Assembly: GCA_965235115.1 (NCBI GenBank) | Contig: OZ249440.1 | Span: forward strand, 35,776,001-35,840,000 | Origin: Laetmonice hystrix | Taxonomy: Eukaryota | Direction: 5' to 3' | Length of the DNA: 64,000 nucleotides | Shown here: positions 25,341-39,200 of the stretch, piece by piece | Layout of the letters: each line of letters begins with the position of its first letter | Numbering within the stretch: position 1 is the first letter of the stretch | The notes under the pieces: generated by a model | The model's input: only the letters and a program-made list of their open reading frames with translations | Database searches by the model: none | Told to the model about the DNA's origin: nothing | Position numbers and translations under genes: made by a program

Positions 25341-26559
25341 CTGAAAACAGCATATGGAACGGAGCGTCAGAGAAAAATATACTATAGTTTTTATATTGTC
25401 GTGAAGCTAAATTTTTCAACATTTCTCCATGAATCAGCCAGAAACTACACTTGCAAATAGGGCTGGGACGATACACTCTATTCCCGATATATGTATCTCG
25501 ATATCTGCTCCGCAATTAGATACGCATCACAATTTCCACATAAAAAAGTATTACATGAATGCTAACTCATATATCATCACATAAATAAATTTTGGAAAGT
25601 TCTACCTGATGTATTATTATAAGTAGTAGTTTTTTTTTATTGAAATCCACACCTAACCTTGAAAAGACTCAGTGATGTTAGCCGCTAGCCCAAAGCCAGC
25701 GTCTAGTAGAAATTGTCGGGGGATAGTGAAAGCACTGGCTGCACTAGCAGCCAGTCAAAATCGCCCCTTTATTACCCTTTCCATATGGAGGTTTCCAAAT
25801 CTCCAAAATCAACAACCAACAACGGACATAAACAACCGGTCGGTACCCCCATCTTTGAATCTTAGGCCTAGAGCCACTTTCCGCCGCAAGATGTCACTGT
25901 GCAATGTCTCATGGGAGATTGGCCTACAACTTTCGTATCAGGCTCTGTGAGTAGTACTTTCTCAAGCTTCGCGGTTTACTATGGCAAAACAGCAGGTGTC
26001 ACTTCTAATTTCTCTCCATGTTAATCCATGTCATTTCTATCATGGTCCCCTGGCTGTCAGCCAGGAAAACGAAGGCAAGAAAAGCGATCAGAAGAGGAGG
26101 TCTCAACTGTTTTTCAAACAACAGAATTCGTCTATTGGGAGCCTGAAAAATAGGTTTTTTCAAGGGAGACCCCTGCCACTGTGCCAGTGGGAGGATTACC
26201 TCCTCTCCCCCATGAATGTGTCCCCCCCCCCTCTACGAACGTGATTTGTTTCACTGCTGGTAAAAAATTTCACTCACTAGCCCTCCAGTCTAGTACTAAA
26301 AAAAGGATTTGGCACAGACTGAAGACCTGATAAAAATAAAAGTGATAAAATTCACATCTCTGAATAAAATGTTGTCACTGGCAGATAGATCCAAGGGATG
26401 AAACTGGCATATATCATGATATTCACAGTTGTTGAACCGACATGCCAAATCAACTAGACAGATAGTTCATCATAGGTGTAATTCACAACGCACTGATCTA
26501 AGAAACTTTAGTCTGAATAACTGCCAAGAGATAAAATTCACACCTGGGGATTTTTACGC

Positions 26560-27457
26560 ACGACAGGGTTACGATTGTTGTGAAACGCACCCCAGGGCTA
26601 TCTCAGCATACAACCATCAAGGAAGACCAAAAGGCAGAGTTTTACAGGCTTCTAGATGCACACATCGCACAGCTTGCCAAGAGTACGCAAGACATATTCT
26701 GCATCACCCAGGATACATATACACAGGATACACAGCTGTACAGGCTCTGAGGTTAGGTAAAGGTGTGAAGTGCATGGCAGGCAGTCATTTACAGTTCTGG
26801 TGCATCAAGCACTTCAAGCTACAGGAGATAGGGTCAAGGAGAATTCTCTACTGCAACAAGTCATCCTGCCCAGTCATCACAAAGGAGCAGATATTTGACA
26901 CAATCAAGAAGTAAGTAAAAATTATATTGCATTTTTTATAAATGTATTTCTGTTGAAGCATAATGTCCCTTTGAAGCATAATGATAATATGTCTTGAACA
27001 TAAAACTGCAAATAATAATTTCTTTTCTTTCCTTACAGCTATCACAACAAAGTTGGTCACTCTCGACGGACTAAAACATGGGACGAAATCAAAGCCAACT
27101 ATGCTTGGATCCGGGATGACTTGGTTAAACTGTTCCTCACTACTTGCAGTGAGTGTTCTACACGTGTTCCCCTGAAGAAACCTGCAGCCAGGAAGCCCAT
27201 CATCTCCCTTGGATTTCTGACCCGAGTTCAGATCAACTTGATTGATATGACCAGCAGCCCAGATAAAGAAGTGGATCCTCCATATCCTTCTCTAAGTTCA
27301 GCTGGACCCACCCTCTGACATCTCAGAGGTCGACTGAGGTTGCAGAGAAGCTAATCCAGACATTCAGTTTGTATGGCTGTCCTAATCTCTTGTAATCCGA
27401 CAACGGGAGGGAGTTTGTATCCGCCGTCATCACTGACCTCACCAAGGATTGGACTGG
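26560..27457 (+). pseudogene. Intron-containing integrase-type (Ginger/KRBA2-like) transposase remnant
   Basis: KTWDEIKANYAWIRDDLVKLFLTTCSEC...RVQINLIDM...L*SDNGREFVSAVITDL; GT-AG intron ~26912-27039; stop and frameshifts present. Confidence 0.8.
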
Positions 27458-27736
27458 TAAGTGTAAACAACGGGAGGGAGTTTGTATCCGCCGTCATCAC
27501 TGACCTCACCAAGGATTGGACTGGTAAGTGTAAACAACGGGAGGGAGTTTGTATCCGCCGTCATCACTGACCTCACCAAGGATTGGACTGGTAAGTGTAA
27601 ACAACGGGAGGGAGTTTGTATCCGCCGTCATCACTGACCTCACCAAGGATTGGACTGGTAAGTGTAAACAACGGGAGGGAGTTTGTATCCGCCGTCATCA
27701 CTGACCTCACCAAGGATTGATTGGACTGGTAAGTGT

Positions 27737-29186
27737 CAGGGATGAAAGTGGCCAGCTGTAAAATTTCCTGAAATTCTGACCGGGGGGGAGCGGCGGGGGC
27801 CAATGTCCATAATTAATATTTGTTCGTGCGCACATCCAAGGCTTATCCCCCCCCTTAAAAAAAGTCAGGCTAGGAACAGCAGACAATCATGATCCGATAA
27901 GGCCTCCTAGCTATTATATATTATAGGGCCTAGCCCTCAGTATTAAGTCGCCACCCCCCCACCCCCCACCCCCCACCCCCTTAACCCCCCACCCCTGCAA
28001 ATTTGCTGGATAGACTCCATCACTCATCAGTCCATGCCCCTGTTCAAGGCTGTTGCTTGCCTGTCACTCAGTCACAGTCAGTGTCAACCTCTGCCTGGCT
28101 CTGCCGTCTCTCTCCAACATTGGAATCCAGTCGGCTTTTAGCGTCCAAAATGCAACCGATTACGTTGTCAAACAGCTTCCATGTGTTAGACTGACCACAC
28201 AGGCTGTCCATCAGTCTTGACCCTCAGCAGTCACGACCCTCAGCGGCTCTCAGCCAAGCAACACAGGCTTCGCTGGGTCGAGTGGTTCAGCCCGTGTGTC
28301 CATGTGCCACTCATGTTGTTGTGAAAATTGTCACTTCCGGTCTTATCAGGACACCTGCACTGATCGACAAATGTAATGAAAAGTCCTGACAACCCCAAAA
28401 CTTCAGTGAAAACCACTTACGTAATGCCACTATCCTCAAATTTATATGCAAGAACACATTATGAGAACTTACTGACATATATACTAGGCAGATTCATAGA
28501 ACTAAATTGACCCAGTTTCCTGTGAGGAGTCACATTGTGATGGTGCGTAGTTCGTCAGCCTAATCACTATCACCGGGACTAGACAGACCGGTCTGTCTAT
28601 AGTCTCGTTGCTATCACTAAGTGAGCGCTCAGGCAAAACTCGCGCATGGATATGGCATAATGGCAAGCCTGAATCAACGGGCTTCGCAGCTGCCTGACCA
28701 TCAATTTTGCCTGAAGTCATTACCTGAGGTGAGTCGCTCTCACCACAGCGACACGGGGCCGTGCCTGCCAGACGGGACAGACGCCACCGCGTGCCGGTAG
28801 AAGTCAGCCCACGCGGGCCGGTCTATGTGAGCGATGTGACCACAGCTACAGGGACCAGCACCCCCGGCAGACCGGCCTATGCACGGTGGCACCCGTGACA
28901 CTGGACGGGTTTGAGACACTCTAATATCCCCATCTATAAACGAACTTTGGCAGGTAGAGATATATTGAGCTGCATGGTGTTAAAAAACGTCCTGGAAGGG
29001 GATATTGTTTCATTTGATATTAATTGCCCACCACACAGTCCAGGGCAATACTTAGCCTTGGCTTAGGCCTACCTCTTTTGCCTATAGATCTAGGCCTATT
29101 TCCTTTTTTGGGTGTTATTTCTTGGGGGGGGGGGATTTTTTCAAATTTCCTGATTTCAGGAAATTTCCTGAAAACTTTCATCCCTG
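27737..29186. mobile_element. Non-autonomous TIR element with 6-bp TSD (hAT-like)
   Basis: TIR CAGGGATGAAAGT / ACTTTCATCCCTG; TSD AAGTGT; a related end occurs at ~24930-24966. Confidence 0.88.
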
Positions 29187-29720
29187 AAGTGTAAACAACG
29201 GGAGGGAGTTTGTATCCGCCGTCATCACTGACCTCACCAAGGATTGGACTGGTAAGTGTAAACAATGGGAGGGAGTTTGTATCCGCCGTCATCACTGACC
29301 TCACCAAGGATTGGACTGGTAAGTGTAAACAATGGGAGGGAGTTTGTATCCGCCGTCATCACTGACCTCACCAAGGATTGGACTGGTAAGTGTAAACAAT
29401 GGGAGGGAGTTTGTATCCGCCGTCATCACTGACCTCACCAAGGATTGGACTGGTAAGTGTAAACAATGGGAGGGAGTTTGTATCCGCCGTCATCACTGAC
29501 CTCACCAAGGATTGGACTGGTAAGTGTAAACAATGGGAGGGAGTTTGTATCCGCCGTCATCACTGACCTCACCAAGGATTGGACTGGTAAGTGTAAACAA
29601 TGGGAGGGAGTTTGTATCCGCCGTCATCACTGACCTCACCAAGGATTGGACTGGTAAGTGTAAACAATGGGAGGGAGTTTGTATCCGCCGTCATCACTGA
29701 CCTCACCAAGGACTGGACTG

Positions 29721-30933
29721 CAGCGTTCGAATTTCCCCACGGCAACCACTTGCCGTGCCTTTTTTGGCCTTTGCCATGGTGTCCTTTTAATTTGGACTCT
29801 ATCCGCGGCATTATAATGCTGTGCCTTTTTAACATCTTGCCTTAGTGCCGTACCAGTGATTGCATCTATCGTCAGCAATGTCTTAAAACTTTTTTTAAAG
29901 CGTAGCCTCAGTGATTTCTTTAAAACTCTCCTTGTTGTTACTATGTCAAAGATTTATGTTTCAAAAATCATTATCCAAACGCTCGTATCTGTGGACTGCA
30001 TTGTTATTTGTGTCAGACCACTGTATAATAGAGGGCCTACTTCTGCCAGTTCTGGCTGGGGATGCTTAGAAACGAGAGTTGTGACGACACAACAGGAACA
30101 CGTTGGGCTAGGCCTAGGCGTAGAGAGGCATTGTCCGCCACAGCAAAGCAGATTTTACCTGTGCTTGTGAATAATCTATTTTCTTCTGGTAAAACTCAAA
30201 GTCAGCTATAATGATAAACAAGCTGCCACAGGCTTCGGAAAAACTTAGGTCTTAGGGTGGAATTATGCTCTCAGGATTGGAGCACAATTATAACTAGAAC
30301 GACTGAGGCCTATCTTTAAAATGGGTCAGTCGGCTGCTAGTCCCCCCCCCCCCCTCCCACCCTCCCACCATGACCATCTTACTGCTCTGCAAGCAACCTA
30401 ACAGTCGGTTCCCTGTGGTTTCACAGTTATAACGGGCTATGATGACAAGTGTCCAGCTACCACCAGTCACCGCTACCGCCCGCCCACTTCTTCAGCCCTG
30501 CTGCTGACTTGTGATGCTCCTCTGGTCGGACTCTTTCAGTTGGCCAAGACTAATTAAAGAACCATTAATGTGACCGTGTAAGGGTGACGTCAGAACGTCT
30601 CAGTTATTTCAACTCAAGAAAGAATTTTTAGATTTGTTTTGATGAATGCCTATATCCTTAAAAATTCTGTCCCCCTCCCCCTTGTACTGATTTCTGTCCA
30701 GTACAGTTCCCAAACTAAGGTGGGGGCACACCAAACCTGCACCCTCTCTCTCATCCTTAAATTCCCTTAAAACTTGTCAAATTAGAGTAAATGCATAGTT
30801 TGCCGTGTTGCCCATTTTAAATTTGCCTTGGTGCCCCTCACCAATGATAGGAATTGCCGTGGTGCCCTCATGATCCAAAGGATTTCCAAGGCAATAATTG
30901 CAGTGCCCCCTGACCAACGAAATTCGACCCCTG
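29721..30933. mobile_element. Non-autonomous TIR element with 6-bp TSD (hAT-like)
   Basis: Imperfect TIR CAGCGTTCGAATTT / AAATTCGACCCCTG; TSD GGACTG. Confidence 0.85.
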
Positions 30934-32696
30934 GGACTGGTAAGTGTAAACAATGGGAGGGAGTTCTATGCAGTTATGTACAGCTTGATAGCGTTATCCG
31001 GTGTAAAGATGCATGTGTCTGCAATAACTATGCAGATATGTACAGTTTTATAGTGTTATCCGAAGTGAAGTGTTTTGTAGATATGTTTGACCTCGATTGA
31101 CCTTTAGAGGTCAGTTATGAACAGTTTGATAGCGTTATCCGGCGTGAACCAACTGAGTAGGGACAAATTATCTGTGGGTCCAGTAACTATGCGTACTTTT
31201 GGCACACTTGTTGCCCCTCATGCATTCGGTCAGCAAGAACGAAATCCAGAAAATCATATTGCTTCGAATTTCTTTACTTTTTTTACTTCCAACAAAAACT
31301 ATTTTTTTTCTCCCTGATCAAAAGCAAACAAATTTTTCCCGAGGTTGCAGAGACAAACTTTTTTCCAGGACATAATTCTGCAGCAACCATGATGTTATCC
31401 CGTAAATTCCTGTTCCACAGACATAGGCGCCGGAAGATATTCACAGGTGGGGGGGCAAAGACCAAATCATATGTCCCAAGTTCCAAGTTTTGAAGTGCAG
31501 ACCAGTGCGCGAAGCCTCGAGCGGGGGGGGGGGGGGGCTGGTGGCCCTCCCCCATGCAGAAAAATTTGAAAATTAAAGTGCAAAATATACGTTTTCCTGG
31601 CATCTGGGAACAAAATCTAGGCCTGCTGACGGTCCGACCATCTCCTGCCACCTTGGTCAACCTTTTTTTCGAAAAAAAAACCCATACCCCCAGCTATTAA
31701 ATTGTCTGCCCCTTAATACTGCGGTAAAAATAAGAAAACTGCTCGGCAACCTGAAGGGGGAGCACGTCACTCTGACCTCCGAATCAAAGAGTGGCTGGCA
31801 TGTCTAACAATGGTTAAAGGACCATTTATAAACGTGATGCCAATAAAAACGTAGGCCTATACCAAGTCGTACACTTTCAACCTCATGTCATAAAATCTTT
31901 CAGACAGCTTTGTATTAAACTCCAATTAGAAGGTTCCATTTTGTAACCCATTAAAAACAACACCCTGTTTTTTAAAAACAGATTTCTTGTTAATGATATA
32001 TTTGACCTGTGTCCTTCTTAGACTGTCCCTGGTTATTATGTAATGTTTCATGCAAGATTAGATGTTGTTATTTTCAACTGGTTTGGAGGTACAGGCCCTT
32101 AAAATATGCATGACCTTGATTGACCTTTCAAGGTCAACTATTGCCTTATCTTGCACCGTTTTCGAGATATGAGCCAAAACAGTGTTATGGGGGGGGGGGA
32201 GTAAAATATTAATATAGCCGCCATGTCCCATATTTGCTCTGATCTGACAATACATTGGCATATACATTGCCCCTCATATACACCTTCTTTCCACCAAATT
32301 TGAAAGAAATCAGGATTGTTTTGTCTGAGTTATTGCTCCAAATGTGTTTATATCCAAGATGGCCACCACGCGGACATTTTGACTGATGTCAAAAATATCT
32401 TTGACCTGCCTCATCCGTGGACTGTCTCGGATCATTATGTAATGTTTCATGCAAGATTATGTCGTTATCTTTAACTGTTTTGAAGATCCAGGCTATTGAA
32501 AATATGCATGACCTTGATTGACCTTTCAAGGTCGCTCAAGGTCATCGAAAATGGCGCCAAATGAAACGTCATATATGACTTCCTATCTATCAATAATAGT
32601 AACTATTGCATCATCTTGCACCGTTTTCGAGATATAAGCCAAAACAGTCATTGTGGGGGTCAAGAAACAAATATGGCTGCGACTTAGGTCACCTAC

Positions 32697-33263
32697 CTCC
32701 TTCTCCTCGTCAGTCAGACCAGCATCTCGTGTAGTCAAAGCATCTTCATCAATCACAGACTCTTCATCATCCTCCTCGACATCCTCTTTGTCAACTTCAT
32801 CTTCATTCTCCCCCACCTCCTTGGATACATCCTCTTTACAAAGTCCATCTCTCTTCTGCTCAACCTCCTCACCTCGGAGCATATCCTCTATCATCTCTTC
32901 TGTGAATTCTTCTCCCGACGACTCCTCGTTGCTACTTTGTTCTCTGACACTTTCATCCTTTTCACTACTTTCAGCACTAACCTCTATGCTTTGTTTAACA
33001 GTTTCTGTAGCTTTAGCTGAGTCTGATTTCCCAGCGTTATCCTCTAAATGATCTAATGAACGTGAATGTCTTCTCACCCCCTGAACACTGCTATCTGAGC
33101 ACAGCTCACGTTGAGCATTTTCTTGTAAGGTCAAAGATTTTATTTGAGGAATGTCACATTCTGAGTGGTCTTCTTGACGAGGTGGAAACGTTTCCTGTGC
33201 ATCCTCAAACACCAGCTCACTGTCCGATTCACTGTCCCCCCCACTCGGTGCTGCACGGTCCAT
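32697..33263 (-). CDS. TTC1: TTC1 coding exon 1 (acidic N-terminus)
   Basis: MDRAAPSGG...IDEDALTTRDAGLTDEEKE|gtaggt, phase 0 into exon 2; acceptor at 33296 implies a further upstream exon that was not identified; start codon tentative. Confidence 0.82.
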
Positions 33264-36200
33264 AGGTCGCCTGTACTTCTGTTCGTAACCAGCACCTAAA
33301 ACAGAATTAAACATAGATATTACAGCTACCGACTTACAAACAGTGCATTCTCATATATATTAATTTATAGGTATATTAGGTACCGTAACCTTTTGTGTAC
33401 AAGCTGTACTTTTTTCCTCCTCAAACTACTCATGAATTGGGGGTGCAGCTTATAGATGGCCACATTTGCAGACGGTCTTTAAGTTAGTTCAGGATATTAT
33501 TCCTAGGTCCCAGTGGGAACTGGCCTGCTATTATACCAAAAGTTGTGGTGTTCCCTTTTAAACACCCATGACTGGATGGTCTCCAGGTTAAATACGTTCT
33601 TGCATCCAGCCACCATTGTTTTAAGTGTAAAGGTGTGTCCTATTGTTGCAATGCCCAGGGAAAGCAACAGGCCGACTAACATGTCTCAGCATGTTTTATT
33701 GGGTTGACCTTTGGGGCCCAACTTTGCTGTCGTACCTGCAGGCCGGCAGGCCGAACAGGGTTTGGAAGTTTAAAAAATTGAATAATGTGCTACAGTGCTC
33801 GTCAAATCACATTTTGAAGCAGTTGCCCACGGACAACCATTTTCTGTGATAGTGGTTGTCCGTAAATCAAAGTGGTTGTCTGTATTACCATGGAAAAAAT
33901 CCCAACAGTATTTAACTAAATCATTTTGAAATCAATATTTATTTGCAAATGTGCTACGTTTCCTTTCTGTTAATAATGTTGTTGCACCAAATTATGGTTC
34001 TTCCCCCATGATAACTTCCCCATGAAATGTTTGGGCGGGGGTTAGGGTTAAGGTCAGGGCCATGGATCTTTACTTTCCACCAAATTTCGTGGGGTTTAAG
34101 TTATCATGGGCGATATACCCAACTTATAAGCTCCTAAGTGTAACAAAATTCCCAATATCAGCAAATATGGAGCCAAATTGTCGGCATCATGTTGGAATAA
34201 CCAACTACGTCCTGTGTTGATTGCGTATTATTTTTTGGTAGCCCCGGGCTACCAATTTAACGAGCTCTGTGCTAGATCTCCCGCCGACTATTATGTATAG
34301 TGCAGACACTACCAATAAAGAACCATAAATTCATGATCAGCAAACAAACTAAAGGAAGCTGAGTAACTCAGCCATGTGGCCAGTTGGCAAAATGACCTTT
34401 GATATCGTCAGATGGGCCATTCCGCATTACTGCGTTACTGAGAAATGTACATGAGGAATGCTGTTCAAAAGAAAAGTCCTGCCTTTGTGCTATGGGAAAA
34501 TAACCGTTTTTGAGCAAGGAAGACAATTTCTTGACACAAGTGACAGGGCTTCCTAGTCTTCTATAACGGAGTGGAGTGGGAAAAGGCCTAGCAGACATAC
34601 ATCCTCTATACAACAGAAAGGACCGACTCTCAGGATCAGTCAGTTTTATTCAGACAAGCAAGTTTTGCTCCTAATTCTCCCAAATTCTCAATTTCTGTTC
34701 ATTATTCTCACTATAATTTCAGATATTCAAAGCTTATATAATATTTGAAACTTAATACATGTATGTTTATTCTTACTTTCAGGATGGAAGCCTCAGAGAC
34801 AGATAACCAGAAGAAACGGCCAATGATTTCAGCAGACAGCGTCTGAGTGTACCCCGAAAGACAGGCAGAAAAAGACCCCGATTACAAGAACGAAAATAAG
34901 AGAATCAAAGATCTTAGCAAAGCCCAGAGGGACAAAATGACCGAAGAGGAACGTGAAGAACACCGACGTCAAACTGCTGATCGTGTACATCTCTGTCGCC
35001 TGCGCAAGAAGGTTACAGATAGTTAGTTAAAATACAATAACTAACTATCCAATAGGCCTAGTAGCCAATCAGTGTCTTGTCGCAATGCGCCTTCGCAGCC
35101 ACAGGGCCTGGGAGGGGGGAGCGGGCCAGGAAACGGGGCCTGGGCTGAGTGAGGCGGGCCTGTGAAGGTTGGGAGCCCGGTAGGGGCCTGCGCGAACCCG
35201 CCTACACAGCACTGTCCCCGGCCGGTAGTTAGCGGCTTGCTCCCGGCCGGTCGGCCCTTGATTGGTTCACAAAACGACTTGTTTACTGGGCTGGATAGTA
35301 GGCCTATCTCTACTCTCCCCCTTTTTCTAGTCTCTCACCTCCATCCCTGACGGCTCATATATCACTATGACCTGGCTCAGGGGAACACTGTAGAGTACAC
35401 TGTGGCTCTGCGGTGCGGTCATCCTTTGTTTCTCCTATACCCCAAAAGGGGCCCATTCATGAAAAACAAAACTTTCCAAACTTTCCAAGCAACAGACCTC
35501 AGTCAACCAGTACTGGGAATATAGTGCGTAGTTTATGCCCATTGAAATTCGTTATAGGCCCACCTGTATAGCCTTCCCGAAGATGGCTACAAGTGGTTCT
35601 TGTATACTGAAGGCAATGTTAATTTATCTGGTTGAGGTAAAACATGTCCTAAAGAAGTCTGCTTTGTAAAAAAAGATGGGAGTGACGTGGTAACATTTTC
35701 AACCCCACCTCCATCCCCGCCCGCTGGACTGGGTAGGCAGGCTGCAGCCAGCCGGCTAACCCGTTACCCGGTAGCGACTACATGTGTATATAACGGGGGT
35801 CTAAACATATACCATTCCATTGTGAAGCAGTACACGGTATAGATCACCGACTATGCAGTCGTGAGTTAGGAATAGGCCGTTCTGTATCGAATACCCGTTC
35901 CGTTTTTACGCACATCTTCACGAAATGGACACGTCAACTGTGCATTGTGTGCACGCCAGCAGTGCGACCGAGGCAGCATGGATCGGAGTGCGATGGATGT
36001 CATCGATGGCAGCACAGAGTTTGCAACAGTGGCATTTCCTGTACACAGTCCAGGTTAGCCGTAAAAAGGTAAAGTTAATAGGCCTATACGTTGATATTCT
36101 ACTAGTTATGTGTTTTTCCCATATAGTATTCATGAGTATATGTTTCGTATAAAGGTTAAAATTGAAACCACCAGAACGATATGCCACTTAAACCTGCCTG

Positions 36201-39200
36201 CGTATATCCCCATTTCAAACTCCCCGCGGCACTACTCAGTGCCAAAGGGGATCATGGGAGATGACACGGCGTAAGTAGGTCAGTACAGCGTGCGAACGAG
36301 GTTCGTTGGTCGAGTGTGTTAGGCGAGGTAAAGTTTTGCACGATTTCATCGATTTTATTGCATGATTCGTCAATATGAGTCTACGTGACTTTTCTTTGGG
36401 ACATCAGGTGCTTTTGAAAGCGGACGTCACATCTGGAACTTTGTTGGTGGCCGACTGTTCGCGTTCAGAGTCTGAACGGAATACAGTCGGAGTGCCCACG
36501 CTAGTGGAAGCCATTGAAGCCAAAGGCAAAGCAAAACAACAACATTAATACAGTGACTGGTTTCGCTGTAAGAGTTCCAACCACTTCAGTGACAGGTTTT
36601 ACTGGTGGCAGACATGGCGACAACTGAACCGTCGCCGTCAGTAAAGACCGTCGAAGAGCAGGACACTGCTTAAGGAGAGGGTGAGAGCGGGGAACAAATC
36701 CCTTCAGCCCTCTAGCTCACATGTCGAGAAGGAAGATGGCGGACACACCTCGCGGCAGGAGGAACGGCGTTGCGATCCACCCCGGGCCCGTAAGCACTGC
36801 ATTGGCCCGGACTCGGGTTCGGCGGAAATTGTGCTGGGGAGGGAAGTCGGAAAAGACACCGCACTTCCTCTCCGTCGTCAGGCGCTTCGAGTACCTATGA
36901 AGGTTCGTGGCAACAAAACCATCATTAGCGACAATATCAATATGGCCCAAGCTTTGCACACAGCTTCCCAACCTTCGCTTATGGCCAGTACGGGCCGACA
37001 CCGATGCCACAGTCACAGACTGGATTTGACCCATCAATGTTTCCGCCATTCCCCCCACCGCCTCCAGGTTTCCAGTTTGGACCCTACCCAGGATTCAGCC
37101 ACGAATATCAGCAAGATGATTTCGAACATGAGGAGGACCCTGACTGCGACCTACAGTCTGCAGCCAGCATGGCCAGTGGGCGGAACCTAAGCACAGCGGA
37201 AATGGAGCCTCGGGGAAGCCCACAGCGTGGGTCGGCCATGGCGTCACCACCACCAGGCACTGAAAGCGAGGCTGTGGTTGGGGAACCCCAGTTGACGAAA
37301 GTTAAAGACCCGTTTGCAGCCGTCCGGGCGGGGGCGCTGCGTGATGCCGCAGCGGCTCTGATCTCGGGTGAGAAGGACGACCGGAAGGCCCCAGACGTCT
37401 CGGACGGCATAGCTAGACTTGTGGACCAGCTGCTGCTGAAAAGCAACACGGATCTTAAGGAAGCTTTAGAGAAATATAGATCGCCGGGGAATGTCTTGGA
37501 GATGGTAGTCCCACTTGTGGAGGCTGGCATCTTTAAGAAACTATCGCATGGAGAGCGGAAGATGGACGCAGCCATTCAGTCAGTCCAGTCAGCCATCCTC
37601 ACATCAATGACTGCATTCTTTCCACTCATCAGCGTCATCCTAGAGCGAGGTGAGGCAGATAAAGAGTTAAATGAGATCAGCAAACATGCACTCTCAGGGC
37701 TCATGCTAGCTGGCCGTGCGAAGTCCAATCTGACTAGGATCAGGAGAGAGGCACTGCGGGCTCACCTCGACCCGAAAATAGCAGACACTGTAATTTCAGC
37801 ACCGTGCTCAGGTCATGACCTATTTGGAGAGTCAGCTACAGAAAGGATCAGGCAGTCTGACAAGGACGACAAGTTTGCCAGTAAGCTTCTAGCCCCCACA
37901 CCAAAAGGAAAAGTCGTCCCTCACAGGAAAATGGGGAAAAAACTCAGATTTGCTAGACCCACCCAGCGCCGGGGGGGGGGGGGGTTCGCCAGGGATACCC
38001 CAGGCAGGGGGGCCAGGTTTTCGGCAGCCATATCCACATCAACAGTACTACCACCAGTACCACCACAACAGGGGAATGAGCTTCAATCAAGCACCGAGGG
38101 CACAGCTACAGCGAGCCCAGCAATACCAGGAGCCCCAGACTGGGAGGAGTCAGAGCACTCTCCCCAAAAAGAAGTAGAGAAATCAAGATCAGCATGTGCG
38201 GGGGATGAGACATGTCAGGTGGGTACAACTGTTGAATTTGAGTTCACTAGTTTCATCCATTCACCACAAAACTTTCGCTCAGGCCAAACAGCCAGATGTT
38301 TAAAGGAGTGGAAAATGCTAAGTTCAGACCCATGGATTATTACGTCAGTGCTGGGTATTGCCATACCATTTGTGGAAATACCAAACCAGAAGTCGGTTCC
38401 CTTTCCATTCCGCCTGCCAAATTCAGAAAAACAAGCAGTCCATCTTGAGATTGAGAAATTCTTAACAAAGGAAATTCTTAAATTTACGAATCATGAAGGA
38501 GGGGAATGGATTTCGAATATTTTTGTCAGACCGAAATCAGATGGGGGATGCAGAATTATACTTGATTTGACGGAACTGAATAAATTTGTGGAGTACCAAC
38601 ATTTTAAAATGTTCTCATTACTGACGGCAGTCGAAATGGTTCAAAGTCAGGGCTGGCCCTAAGCGGTTGTCCATTTGTCCGAGACAACCTAAAACTCCTC
38701 CGGACAACCGGAGCCTCCCATCACAGTTGTCCGTCGGACAACCTAACATTTCTTCCGACTGTAGGCCTAAATTAACCTCCCTCACAGCGCGGCTGGTGGG
38801 CGAAATTACGTGACGCGACTCTCCACGCAAACTAGTTCCAACCGGGCATGCGCGACCTCATTTGTACGGGCCGCCTTTGGCAGTCAGCCTGCTGGTCTCC
38901 TGCTGATACCGTGACGCGGATGGGTCTGGTAGGCAGGGGACCAGGCTATATGGCACCGCCGTCTGACGGTTGGAGAGTGAGCGGTTGTAAAAACCGTTAG
39001 GAGGGTACCCGGTGTTTTCAAATCGAGGCTTTGCAAAGATGGCGAAGCAAGGCACGTTATTTAGTTTTCTGGGGAAGACGCCTCCACCAGCAACATCCAC
39101 TGAACAGTCCTCCAAAAGAGAAAGAGACCAGGAGTACGATCAAAATAAACGTCAGAGAAGATTTCAGTCTTCATGGACAAAAGGTAAGCAAGAGGACCGG

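Larger units (their letters stand above)
27400..30965. repeat. 67-bp minisatellite derived from the integrase exon end, split by two insertions
   Basis: Unit CAA(C/T)GGGAGGGAGTTTGTATCCGCCGTCATCACTGACCTCACCAAGGATTGGACTGGTAAGTGTAAA at 27400-27736 and 29187-29720, with a tail at 30934-30965. Confidence 0.95.

Noticed and set aside
27400..29720. 67-bp repeats as CRISPR array or tandem exons
   Set aside because: No spacers; units contain a donor but no matching acceptor between them.
32030..32690. Duplicated GACCTT-rich segments beside TTC1 exon 1
   Set aside because: Looks like a common dispersed repeat; ends cannot be defined, and the ORF extension into it is intron read-through.
34783..35050. 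Basic, charged exon-like fragment followed by the inverted repeat GATAGTTAGTTA...TAACTAACTATC
   Set aside because: Frame is broken and short; probably transposon debris, not assignable.
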